A stretch of 64,000 bases of DNA from Candidatus Babeliales bacterium (GTDB taxonomy: Bacteria > Babelota > Babeliae > Babelales > JACPOV01), in the NCBI GenBank assembly GCA_050250855.1, contig JBFWNW010000001.1, forward strand, positions 32,001 through 96,000. Direction: 5' to 3'. Both the position numbers and the translations under genes were made by a program. This document shows positions 41,305-52,271 of this stretch, piece after piece. A model generated the notes under the pieces. The model searched no databases. It saw only the letters and a list, made by a program, of their open reading frames with translations, and had not been told where the DNA came from. How positions within the stretch are numbered: position 1 is the first letter of the stretch; every line of letters begins with the position of its first letter.

Positions 41305-42312
41305 TTAATGATCCAAATTGCGTTCTGCTAAAAAAGTTTTAACAGTTGCAAGAAAGTCAGCATCCCGTGCAAGGTATGCATGCTTGATACTTTTATTGTG
41401 ACTTTCAAAAACAGTAATCTTGATATTATTTTTTTTCAAGATCTCTTCTTGTCGCGCTATAGTTTTTGATGGCGTTACACGATCATGTGCTAATTTTGCA
41501 ATCAAAAATTCAATATGTTTTGGAATGGTATTATAGCGCGCTAGTACTTCTTGCTCATTTTCTGGCTTGCAGTTGGGCAATGCAACATGGTGAATAGCAG
41601 CTTGGAAGGCAGGCTTTAAAAATGGTACATAGTTAAAAAATGGCTTAACGCGATCTTTTAATACGCGATCAGACGTTATGCCGGGAGATTGTAATAAAGC
41701 AGCTTTAATATTTTTTTGTGCTAAAGGGGTGAGCAAATCAGTGCGCGTAAGCGTATTTAAAACACCTGTTGCGCCAGCGCAGGTACCGTTTATTATAATG
41801 CTTGCCTGTGGATTTTGCCCAGCAAGCGTATTAAGAAATTTGCTTAAAAGCTTTTGGTCATCTTCTTGACCAAAATTAAACTGTGAGCGGTCATGGTTTG
41901 GTGGACAGAAAGAAACTGCCAAACAGTTTTCTATAAATCCTTTTTGGTAGGCAAGAACCATTTCTGCAGCACAGCGGTCTGGATAGTTATATTTATTACG
42001 TGGCGTAATATAGCCAGGCATATTTACATACAGCGTACCCATGTAGTTTTGTGGCAAATAGGTTGAAAGCTGCAGAAATTTGTTTGGTTTGGTTTGTATA
42101 TACGTTCCTTCAAGCGTCCAGCGTTTATTTTTACGCATAGTTTTGATCATTCTATTGAGGGTAATTTTTTTACCAGATGCACTTTTACACGGCGTAAACG
42201 TTACAAGGTGGTATGCTTTGCAATCGTGTAAAGTGGCAAAAGGATGAGCCCCTAGCTGATTTATACAAAGAAGAGCAGCAAGGTAGATTATTTTTTTTAA
42301 TTGTTTATTCAT
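41305..42312 (-). CDS. Secreted alpha/beta-hydrolase-like protein (GxCxG)
   Basis: FNFGQEDD, GTCAGA, HDRVT, KHAYL. Confidence 0.75.
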   Translation of the reverse strand: MNKQLKKIIYLAALLCINQLGAHPFATLHDCKAYHLVTFTPCKSASGKKITLNRMIKTMRKNKRWTLEGTYIQTKPNKFLQLSTYLPQNYMGTLYVNMPGYITPRNKYNYPDRCAAEMVLAYQKGFIENCLAVSFCPPNHDRSQFNFGQEDDQKLLSKFLNTLAGQNPQASIIINGTCAGATGVLNTLTRTDLLTPLAQKNIKAALLQSPGITSDRVLKDRVKPFFNYVPFLKPAFQAAIHHVALPNCKPENEQEVLARYNTIPKHIEFLIAKLAHDRVTPSKTIARQEEILKKNNIKITVFESHNKSIKHAYLARDADFLATVKTFLAERNLDH

Positions 42313-43297
42313 GTTTTTCTTTTAAAAATTGTTTTACCGCATTTAGATAATCTTGATCTTGTGTAAGATATGCATGCTTAATGTTTCGATTATTACATTC
42401 AAAATAAGTTACTGTATTACCATTATCTTCTAAAACTTTCTTTTGTAGTTTTACAGAAGCTGGCGGTGTTACCTTATCATGATTAAGTTGCGCAATAAAA
42501 AAATTAATAATTTTTGGGATCTTTTTATATGAATCTAAAACAGCAGCTGTTTTTTCTTGCTTGCAGTTTGGATAGAATAATCTAGCAACTATAGGAAAAA
42601 TCCATCGTAAGCCCCATGGTAAATGATTAGCGCTCATATCTTCCCAAACTTTTTCAGATGATATAGCAGGGCATTGTAATACCACTTTTTTAACAGATGC
42701 TTTTGCTTCTGGCGCTAGATAGTCGCATGCTAAGGTATTCAAAGTACTTGTAGCTCCAGAGCAGGCACCATGTAAAATAATAGAAGCGCTAGGATTTTTT
42801 TGTACCAGAATATTAAGAAATTTACTTATGGTTATTTGGTCTTGTTTTTGGCCAAAGTTAAACTGTCTACGATCATGATTTGGCAAACAGAAGCTGACAA
42901 CACAATCAGTAGTTCCAAGTTGCCCTTTATTAAATTCTGAATAGGCAGCTACAGCAGAACGCTCAGGGTAGACATATTCATCGCAACAACAGATAGCACC
43001 TGGTGTGCCAATATGAATATTTCCTCTATAATTTTCAGGTAATTTAGTTGAGAGAGAAAGATTAATACCAGATTCTTTTGTTGCTATAGTGGCACCATCA
43101 AGCTTTTCACGGTTATTGTTTTTTAGCTTTATGACTACGTTCTCAAAGGTTTCTGATGGATTTTGCTGTGTTGGGCAGAATGTTACCAGGTGGAATTCTT
43201 TGAAATCCACTTCTGTGGCACAAGGGTATTCTGTTTCCATAGCCTGGGTAGTTAGTGCTATAAAGGGAAGAAGGTATAAGAGTTTTACTGTTTTCAT
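42305..43297 (-). CDS. Secreted alpha/beta-hydrolase-like protein (GxCxG), tandem paralog
   Basis: FNFGQKQD, GACSGA, HDKVT, KHAYL; AAGGAG RBS. Confidence 0.75.
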   Translation of the reverse strand: MKTVKLLYLLPFIALTTQAMETEYPCATEVDFKEFHLVTFCPTQQNPSETFENVVIKLKNNNREKLDGATIATKESGINLSLSTKLPENYRGNIHIGTPGAICCCDEYVYPERSAVAAYSEFNKGQLGTTDCVVSFCLPNHDRRQFNFGQKQDQITISKFLNILVQKNPSASIILHGACSGATSTLNTLACDYLAPEAKASVKKVVLQCPAISSEKVWEDMSANHLPWGLRWIFPIVARLFYPNCKQEKTAAVLDSYKKIPKIINFFIAQLNHDKVTPPASVKLQKKVLEDNGNTVTYFECNNRNIKHAYLTQDQDYLNAVKQFLKEKHE

Positions 43298-43440
43298 AAT
43301 CACGCTCCTTACAGTATCTATTTTTCAGGTTTAAAAAGCTTATTATACTACTATTTTACTATAAAAAGGCCTATTTGAAAAATGCCTGCTGTCCCTGCTT
43401 TTTTGCAAGAAAAGGCCTATCTGTGCTATACTTTGTCATT

Positions 43441-44181
43441 ATGACTAAAATTCTTTCTTCCTACGGGGCTCTCAGCAGCCTTTTTTATGAATTAACCAAT
43501 ACCTATGCCTCGCAAAAAGAGGTAGCTTTTTATACTTCGTTTCTGGCGCAAAAAGATGATAAAATCTTGGAAGCAATGTCTGGTGCGGGCCGGTTGATGG
43601 TACCACTTTTAAAGCAAGGGTATCATGTTGAAGGTGTTGATAATTCTTCTGCTATGCTTGAGCGGTGCAAAGTGCGCTGTGCATCGTTAAAGTTAAATCC
43701 CGCACTGTATGAACAATCACTTGAACGTATGACGTTGCCGCATCAGTATGCATTAGCAACCATTTGCGTTGGCTCGTTCCAGCTTATTACCAATCGAGCT
43801 TCTGCGCTACAAGCATTAAAAAATATATATGCTCATATGCAGCATGGTGGCAGTTTGCTTATTGATTTTTTTATTCCTGAAGAACCTGAAGATCCATATT
43901 CAGAGCAATTAATTAAAATAGATGAACGACGTTCATTACACTTAGCGCGACACAATGTATTTGATGCCGATAAAAAATTAGCAGATGCAGTATGTATCTA
44001 TTCACTGCTCCTTGATGGGGTTGTACAGCAAACTGAACAAGAATGTATTCGTGTTACTTGGTATACCGATGATGCATTAAAAGCATTACTAGAAGAAGCT
44101 GCTTTTGTGGTACAAGGTATCTACACGGAATATTTTGATGATGAAAATCCTTCGTATATAGTGCATGCGCAGAAAGTTTAA
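43441..44181 (+). CDS. Class I SAM-dependent methyltransferase
   Basis: ILEAMSGAGR, GVDNSSAML, GG.L.ID. Confidence 0.88.
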   Translation: MTKILSSYGALSSLFYELTNTYASQKEVAFYTSFLAQKDDKILEAMSGAGRLMVPLLKQGYHVEGVDNSSAMLERCKVRCASLKLNPALYEQSLERMTLPHQYALATICVGSFQLITNRASALQALKNIYAHMQHGGSLLIDFFIPEEPEDPYSEQLIKIDERRSLHLARHNVFDADKKLADAVCIYSLLLDGVVQQTEQECIRVTWYTDDALKALLEEAAFVVQGIYTEYFDDENPSYIVHAQKV

Positions 44182-44393
44182 TTTTTATCATTTAGAAAAA
44201 GCTGGAAATCTTTTATTATCTCATCAGATTTTTGTATGAATTGATCTATGGCAGCATATTGTCCATCAAAAAAACTACGAATTTTAATTCTTAGAAGGAA
44301 TAATTGTTGTTGTGTATCAATAGTAGTTGTGTAGTCCATGCTTGTACTGAACGTGCAGTATAGTAATATGGCGAAAATGAAGCGATATTTCAT
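44178..44393 (-). CDS. Small secreted hypothetical protein
   Basis: Signal peptide followed by MD. Confidence 0.5.
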   Translation of the reverse strand: MKYRFIFAILLYCTFSTSMDYTTTIDTQQQLFLLRIKIRSFFDGQYAAIDQFIQKSDEIIKDFQLFLNDKN

Positions 44394-44488
44394 ATAATGA
44401 TTACTCAGGTTTAAAAACTACATTTTTAGTATATACTTTTTAATTAAAGATATTTTTACATAAAGTTTTTACGGAAAGGAAGCATTGT

Positions 44489-44968
44489 ATGAAGAAAAAA
44501 TTAATGGTATGTATGAGCGTAGCGCCATTACTTGCTTTTACAGCCTGTTCATCAAAAGTAGAAGAAAAAAATACGGCACAAAAAACAACACAAAGGAATA
44601 ATGCTATGGAAAAAAAACGTGTAAAAAAAACATCAGGCCTTGAATATGAAATTATGCAAGAAGGCTCTGGGAAGTCTCCGCAAGCTGGTAAACGCGTAAA
44701 AGTACATTATACCGGGTGGTTGAATGAAAAGGGTAATCCAGGAACAAAATTTGATAGCAGTGTAGATCGCGGTACACCATTCCAGTTTACTATTGGCGTA
44801 GGCCAAGTAATTAAAGGCTGGGATGAAGGTGTTATGGATATGAAGATGGGCGAAAAACGCCGTTTGTTTATTCCTGCACATCTTGGTTACGGTATGCGCG
44901 GCGCAGGAGCGGTAATTCCACCAAATGCAGATTTAATTTTTGATGTTGAATTATTGGGTGTTGAGTAA
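44489..44968 (+). CDS. FKBP-type peptidyl-prolyl isomerase, probable lipoprotein
   Basis: [40 protein letters not shown] lipobox-like. Confidence 0.95.
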   Translation: MKKKLMVCMSVAPLLAFTACSSKVEEKNTAQKTTQRNNAMEKKRVKKTSGLEYEIMQEGSGKSPQAGKRVKVHYTGWLNEKGNPGTKFDSSVDRGTPFQFTIGVGQVIKGWDEGVMDMKMGEKRRLFIPAHLGYGMRGAGAVIPPNADLIFDVELLGVE

Positions 44969-44991
44969 ATTTTAGATTTTGTAATTCTTCT

Positions 44992-45028
44992 AAATAATAA
45001 AGGCCGCATTCAGCGGCCTTTATTATTT
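44992..45028. terminator. Bidirectional terminator
   Basis: aaataataaaggccgc / gcggcctttattattt perfect stem between convergent genes. Confidence 0.8.
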
Positions 45029-46336
45029 GGTATCTTTTTTATATTTTTTCTTTTCAGATGTATTAGTATCTAGTGCTGCTTTCTTTTTGCTCGGTGCTGT
45101 TTGTAGCTTTTGCTGAGCCAGATATGCCAGAGCTGTTTTGAGCGGCATACATTCTTTTTTAATTTCTTCAAAATTTTGTATCATACTCTCTGCCATCTCT
45201 TTATTATTTTCTTGTGACGGAATAAAAGTAAAATTATTGATATCACTATTGTTAGCAGTAGTAAGGTTTGTTGAACCGATGCCCACTAAAAAATCATTGT
45301 CATTATTTTTTCTGACAAAACCTTTTGTGTGCATAATTGTTGGAAATTTTCCTACCTTTGTATTTTCATCAACATTGAATACATGCACGGGAGCATGTTC
45401 TGGCAGGTTCTGGAAGTATTCAAGATTACTCTTTAAGCAAGTGCGATCAGTCAGTAAAAGTTCCAATTTATTGTTTTGTATAAGATCTCTTATAGTAGCC
45501 TGCGCTTCAGGGTCATTAAAAGCATACAAAGCGATCCATGCCTTTTCTTGAGTGTTTGCAAAACGCTGTGTAACCGTTTTTGCAATATTATGTTTTGTTG
45601 AAAAAATAGTAGTTGGTTTTTGTGGCGTAATTTCAAGAGCAGGATTATTTTTATAATTTATTATCGATTTAGTCGGCGTAGTTGGTGTTTTTAAAGATTC
45701 ATGGAACTTTAAATGTGTTTCAAAACTTTCTTTATTAACGTCATATAAACTTAATTCTTTATTTGATTCTTTACCCTCAAAAGACATGGTCATATACGTC
45801 GGATTACGTGATCCATCAAATATACGGTACTGAGTGCCTTTTTCAGGATGCTGATAAGTCCAGCCAATTGTTTTTGTATGCAATGTTTGCGGCAATGTTT
45901 TTTCATCAGTAGTATGTATTTTTTTACGCACCGAAGAATTTTCATTAAAGAAAGTAAGTGAGCTGTTTGGGGCATTTTTTACTGCTTGCTGAATGCTGGC
46001 AAGGCCCTTTGATATATGCTTATGAGAATTGCTGAGCATAACGGAAACATGTACGCCAGCCTTAATTTTTTCTATTAAAATGTTAACAAACTCTAGATCG
46101 GTTAAGCAAAAAAGATGAGCAAAAATTTTATCACCAGGTTGTGTTTTTTGTACTGACGGTTTTACTATTTTAAAGCCGCCATCATCCTGGGGGTTTGAAA
46201 AGAAAGCAGTTGGTTTATTTGGAGAAATAAAGGTCTTTGCCTGGTAGGGAATAATCTGTCTGTCCATACCTGAAAGCATAGGTGCCATAGTTATGGTAAA
46301 AAAACAGGTTAAAAGAGCTGTTTTCAGATTTTTCAT
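45023..46336 (-). CDS. Secreted phospholipase D-superfamily protein (two HxK...GSxN motifs)
   Basis: LHTK...GSRNPT and MHTK...GSTNLT; IALYAF; signal peptide. Confidence 0.8.
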   Translation of the reverse strand: MKNLKTALLTCFFTITMAPMLSGMDRQIIPYQAKTFISPNKPTAFFSNPQDDGGFKIVKPSVQKTQPGDKIFAHLFCLTDLEFVNILIEKIKAGVHVSVMLSNSHKHISKGLASIQQAVKNAPNSSLTFFNENSSVRKKIHTTDEKTLPQTLHTKTIGWTYQHPEKGTQYRIFDGSRNPTYMTMSFEGKESNKELSLYDVNKESFETHLKFHESLKTPTTPTKSIINYKNNPALEITPQKPTTIFSTKHNIAKTVTQRFANTQEKAWIALYAFNDPEAQATIRDLIQNNKLELLLTDRTCLKSNLEYFQNLPEHAPVHVFNVDENTKVGKFPTIMHTKGFVRKNNDNDFLVGIGSTNLTTANNSDINNFTFIPSQENNKEMAESMIQNFEEIKKECMPLKTALAYLAQQKLQTAPSKKKAALDTNTSEKKKYKKDTK

Positions 46337-46496
46337 GGTTAAATTTTCTCCATTTTTTATAGTTCTAATCATACTACCAGTTTACCTTAAATTTTCTATT
46401 TGTCAATGGCCTGTGGAGGGTGTTTTCCCTGTTTTTTTAAAAATATTGTAGTTTTTTCCTAACTATGCGTAAGCTGTAATCAAAAAGGATTCTGGT

Positions 46497-47909
46497 ATGA
46501 AAAAAAGCCTTCTTTTTCTTTTACTGTTTTCAGGTTCAGTTTACTGTTTTTATAGTAAAAAAGTATGTTTAATTGCCCCAAAAACAGTTCAGGGAGCGTC
46601 TACGCCTTGTTTGCCCTGTGTGCCTTCTTTTGAACCTGAGGCACAAAAAATAGCTGTAGAAGCTGTAGATCGTGACGTGGATCCACGTTATTACTGGACT
46701 CCCTTATTGTGGGCTATTGCTCTTAATGATACAAAAGAGCTTGCTCGTATTTTAGACCAGATAGAAAATGATTATAAGCAAGCAGCAGAGCGCCTTGCGC
46801 AGCTTATATGGCAAGATTGGGCGGGAAGAACATCGCTCTATTTGGCTGTTGAATGGATAGAACGTGATGCGCTTAAAATGCTGCTTGAGCGTGCAAGCCG
46901 TTGGTTTGCTAATGACCCCAAACTTTTTTTTGAGTATCTTGCAAAACAAGAATCGTTACTTGCATGGTCTCCCTTGCATGGTGCTGCGTATGGTAGCTTT
47001 TCAGAAGGAATTGCGTTATTAATTACGGCAGCAAAAAAAATGTTTGATAGTCGTTCAGAAGAGTTTAAAGCATTTATTAATTTGAAAGATAATTTTGGTA
47101 GAACGCCGTTGAATCTTTGCTTTGAAATATGGGATCGCTTGTATATTGCAAAGCACGGTGGCATTGCAAGTTTTGTACCAGAGTTAGAAGATTCATACCA
47201 TGCAATTCTAAAAAAAGATTTATTAAAATATGCAGCATATAGTGGTTTTAACAAAGAGCTTAATGAAGTGTTGCGCCATGGCATTCAGCTCTATTCGCAA
47301 CCAAGTTATAAAAGAAACACGCGCCGTTTGCAAGGAGTATTGCAAGAAGCAGGATTAGCATATGATTTTAGTAGAAAAGAATTTTTAGATTTTATTACGG
47401 CACGTGATGAAGCCGGCTGGTCTCCTTTAATGAATGCAGCGGCTGATGGTAATGCTGAATATGTAGAACTTATTTTAAGAGCGGCAAATGCTTTTTATAA
47501 AGATGATAAAGTATGGGTTGCTTTTATTATGAATAATAATGATACGCATGGCAGAACGGTGTGGCATATAGCAATTTCGCGCCGTCATTTGGATGTAGTA
47601 AAAGCATTAATACGTGTGCAAAAAGAAATTGCTGGCAATAGAAAAAAACCATTCTTGCGTTTAGCCACCCATAGGACAGAGTTAAACGGTTTTACACCGC
47701 TCATTGCAGCAGTTTATGAAAGTGCTGATGATAATGTCACCTTCGCTATTATAAAACTTTTAGTAGAGCGCGCAGCTGAAGTTTTAGGAAAAGGCTCACG
47801 AGAGTTTTTATCATTTATTAATCGCAAAGATTATAATGGCTACACCGCATTGAGTTATGCAGTAACACCACGCATACAAAAATTTCTAAAGGAATATGGC
47901 GCTGAATGA
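46497..47909 (+). CDS. Secreted ankyrin-repeat protein
   Basis: WTPLLWA, GRTSLYLA, WSPLHGA, GRTPL, GWSPLMNAA, GFTPLIAA, GYTALSYA. Confidence 0.9.
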   Translation: MKKSLLFLLLFSGSVYCFYSKKVCLIAPKTVQGASTPCLPCVPSFEPEAQKIAVEAVDRDVDPRYYWTPLLWAIALNDTKELARILDQIENDYKQAAERLAQLIWQDWAGRTSLYLAVEWIERDALKMLLERASRWFANDPKLFFEYLAKQESLLAWSPLHGAAYGSFSEGIALLITAAKKMFDSRSEEFKAFINLKDNFGRTPLNLCFEIWDRLYIAKHGGIASFVPELEDSYHAILKKDLLKYAAYSGFNKELNEVLRHGIQLYSQPSYKRNTRRLQGVLQEAGLAYDFSRKEFLDFITARDEAGWSPLMNAAADGNAEYVELILRAANAFYKDDKVWVAFIMNNNDTHGRTVWHIAISRRHLDVVKALIRVQKEIAGNRKKPFLRLATHRTELNGFTPLIAAVYESADDNVTFAIIKLLVERAAEVLGKGSREFLSFINRKDYNGYTALSYAVTPRIQKFLKEYGAE

Positions 47910-47948
47910 TGATTCATCAGTAATATTTAGCATATAAAATTCTATATT

Positions 47949-48176
47949 CCGTTCGTGGTGAGGGTTTTTCGAAGAAAAACGTCTCGAACCACTTGAACTC
48001 AAAATTAAAAAATTCATATTTTTTTTAAATAGATTTGTCGTTATGGTTCGACCCTTCGTCGAGCTCAGGACAGGAACGCAAACTTTAGTTTGCTCCTCAC
48101 CACGAACGGGATATAAAAAAGTGATTTCGCTCATCCTGAGTGATGTGCGTAGCGCATTGTATCGAAGGATAAGAGC
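47949..48176. repeat. Cluster of three REP-like palindromes, one with a nested insert
   Basis: 47949-47991(+), 48044-48109(-) with insert 48052-48074, 48128-48176(+). Confidence 0.88.
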
Positions 48177-48182
48177 TACATT

Positions 48183-48830
48183 TCATCGCGCAGCGTTATA
48201 CAGTTCCTTTAATGCAGCAACAGGATCTGGGGTACTAAAGATTGCAGCGGCAACACCAACTTCATCGCAGCCATTGCGTGCAAGTTCAGCAATATTAGTA
48301 CTATTAATACCGCCATCCATGCAAATCATAAAGTTCATTTTTTCTTCTTTGCGATAGGCAGCAAGTTTTTTAAGGCGCTCCCATGAACTTTCTAAAAATC
48401 GCTGTCCAGAAAAGCCAGGATCAACGGACATCAGTAAAACGGAGTCTATCATGCCAAGATAAGGAAATAATTTTTCTAGGGGCGTATTTGGCTTAATGGC
48501 GATATTTGCATGCCATTTATTTTCTCTTATGCGTTGAATTGCTTCTGAAATATTTTTTGTATTTTCAATATGAAAAGAAACGGTGCTTGCGCGCTTGATC
48601 TCTATTTTTTCTAAAAATTTTTCAGCATTTTCAATCATTAAATGGACAAAAACTGGTTTTGTTGTTGCATGGGCAATTGCTTTGATAAACATTGGCCCCC
48701 ATGTTAAATTAGGCACAAAATGGTTATCCATGATATCAAGATGAAAACCATCGCAGTGGGGTTCTAAATTTTTTATGACAGTATGCAGATTCAAAAGGTC
48801 AGCAGAAATAAGTGAGGGGTAAATTTTCAT
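48183..48830 (-). CDS. rpe: Ribulose-phosphate 3-epimerase
   Basis: PSLISAD, HLDIMDNHFVPN, VHLMI, MSVDPGFSGQ, DGGI. Confidence 0.96.
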   Translation of the reverse strand: MKIYPSLISADLLNLHTVIKNLEPHCDGFHLDIMDNHFVPNLTWGPMFIKAIAHATTKPVFVHLMIENAEKFLEKIEIKRASTVSFHIENTKNISEAIQRIRENKWHANIAIKPNTPLEKLFPYLGMIDSVLLMSVDPGFSGQRFLESSWERLKKLAAYRKEEKMNFMICMDGGINSTNIAELARNGCDEVGVAAAIFSTPDPVAALKELYNAAR

Positions 48831-48913
48831 GATTAGATCCTTTTTTTTGTGTATACTAATCCTTGTACTATGTTTTTTCTGTTAACACAATGAATTTTTA
48901 AGAAAGATAGTTT

Positions 48914-49303
48914 ATGATACAAACTCCGCGTGTTTCAATGCTTATTTTAATGCAAAATAAATTAGATGAAGCAATTGCTTTCTACACTAAAATTGGATTA
49001 ACCTTAAACTTTCAAATTAAAGATCAGTGGGCAGAAATGGAGCTGCATGGTATTAAGTTTGGTTTAGCAAAAACAGATACAGAGCTTCCTGAGCGAAGAA
49101 CGGGCATCATTTTGGAGCTTGATGACTTGTATACATGGCGCAAGGAGCAAGAAGAGCAGGGGATCATCTGTTCAGAGCCTGTTGAGCGTTTGCATGGTAT
49201 CATGGCAAGTATAAAAGACCCTGGTAATAATATTTTAGAGCTTTATCAGCCAACGCCACATAAGGTTCATGAGATGGCAGAAAAAATGAAAAGCGATAAG
49301 TAA
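48914..49303 (+). CDS. VOC/glyoxalase family protein
   Basis: AIAFY, KDPGNNILELYQ. Confidence 0.85.
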   Translation: MIQTPRVSMLILMQNKLDEAIAFYTKIGLTLNFQIKDQWAEMELHGIKFGLAKTDTELPERRTGIILELDDLYTWRKEQEEQGIICSEPVERLHGIMASIKDPGNNILELYQPTPHKVHEMAEKMKSDK

Positions 49304-49495
49304 AAATAGTCACATTTTCTTCAAAATTCAGGAAGAAAAGTTTAGTCTTGTGATGTAAATATTGCATTCATTTTAAATCTCGGTATACTGATCTTGAGTT
49401 GAATATAAGGCGAATTTGGCGACTCTTATTTTTTTAAATAGATTCATTTTTTTTCTAAGGTATTTTTAACAATTTTTATAAAGCAGGGAGGATGT

Positions 49496-49783
49496 ATGTT
49501 TGAGAAAATCAAACCATTGCATGACCGAGTTTTGGTAAAGCGCATAGAGATTGAAGGTACTACCCCTGGTGGTATCATTATCCCTGATGCAGCCAAAGAA
49601 AAAGCACAAACAGGCAAAGTTGTTGCTGTTGGTGCTGGTCGCGTAACAGCAGAAGGAAAAGTTGTTCCTATGGCAGTTAAAGCTGGTGATGTAGTCTTTT
49701 TTGGCAAATATGCAGGGACTGAAGCTGGTGATGATCATCTTATTGTTCGAGAAGAAGAACTTTTAGGTGTAGTAGAACGCTAA
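49496..49783 (+). CDS. groES: Co-chaperonin GroES
   Basis: [26 protein letters not shown]. Confidence 0.97.
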   Translation: MFEKIKPLHDRVLVKRIEIEGTTPGGIIIPDAAKEKAQTGKVVAVGAGRVTAEGKVVPMAVKAGDVVFFGKYAGTEAGDDHLIVREEELLGVVER

Positions 49784-49794
49784 AAATTTATTAA

Positions 49795-51453
<1,659 letters not shown>

Positions 51454-51482
51454 GCCAACCTAAAGTTCTTTTTAAAACTATT

Positions 51483-51510
51483 AAAGGCCCCGCATTGTCG
51501 GGGCTTTTTT
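51483..51510 (+). terminator. Intrinsic terminator after groEL
   Basis: gccccg/cggggc stem plus T tract. Confidence 0.8.
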
Positions 51511-51940
51511 ATTTCTTGTACCCAAGTTTTTGATAATAATCTATATCATCCTGCGCACGTTTAATTAATCGCTGAGCATATTGTCTCAATTGCTGCTGTG
51601 CCGGTTTGAAATTAGGATCATTAGCAAGCTCTAAAGCGACGTTAATTTTTTCAGTATCAGAAAGATTGCTTTCATCTAAAGCACTCGTTACTTCAAGGGC
51701 AAGATAGGTAAGCGTTCCTTCATTATTTTGTGCTTTTATTTCAGCTATTTTTTTCCATACAGCGCCTTGCTTGCCACCAATAATTTTACCAGCAGAACTG
51801 GGCTGTTTTATCGCTTTATTGAGCATTTCTATTTTTTGATAATCTTTGTTTTGTTGCGGAGAAATGGGAATAATAGCATTGCTATAATGAGCTACTAATG
51901 CAGCGCATAATATGCCAGAGAAATATAATTTTTTCTTCAT
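51509..51940 (-). CDS. Secreted hypothetical protein
   Basis: AAGGAG RBS, signal peptide. Confidence 0.75.
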   Translation of the reverse strand: MKKKLYFSGILCAALVAHYSNAIIPISPQQNKDYQKIEMLNKAIKQPSSAGKIIGGKQGAVWKKIAEIKAQNNEGTLTYLALEVTSALDESNLSDTEKINVALELANDPNFKPAQQQLRQYAQRLIKRAQDDIDYYQKLGYKK

Positions 51941-51999
51941 ACAGTCTCCTTTTTTCTTTTATACTACTGTATGAATTTTTTAAAAAACAAGAAAAGATT

Positions 52000-52202
52000 T
52001 AGAGCTTATCCATAAATTCAAAAAAATGATATTTTGTGTTCGTACCCTTCGACCCATTCGACAAGCTCAGGGTCAGGGCGAACGGAGTGAGAAATGAGCG
52101 CAGCCTTTACTTCCCTGAGCGTTGTCCAATCTAATGATCAGGGTGAACTGAATAAAAGTACTATGAGCCGTTCGTGCTGAGCCTGTCGAAGCATTCGAAC
52201 GG
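52000..52202. mobile_element. MITE-like REP doublet unit (inverted homolog of 27385-27542) with internal insertions
   Basis: End TAGAGCTTATCCATAAATT; REP(-) 52038-52085 with nested 52053-52072; degenerate copy near 52138; REP(+) 52168-52202. Confidence 0.82.
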
Positions 52203-52271
52203 AATTTAAATAACGTTAAGTAATCAGTTTGTTCAGTATATAGTTTTTAAGAAAAAATCGCTATTTAAACC

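Noticed and set aside
24597..44393. Integron with attC sites
   Set aside because: No tyrosine integrase seen; the palindromes lack RYYYAAC...GTTRRRY ends and do not follow each gene.
48043..48357. 104-aa ORF
   Set aside because: Read-through of a REP cluster and antisense to rpe.
49410..49445. CIRCE upstream of groES
   Set aside because: Only a weak half-site (ttggcgactc); no matching right arm.
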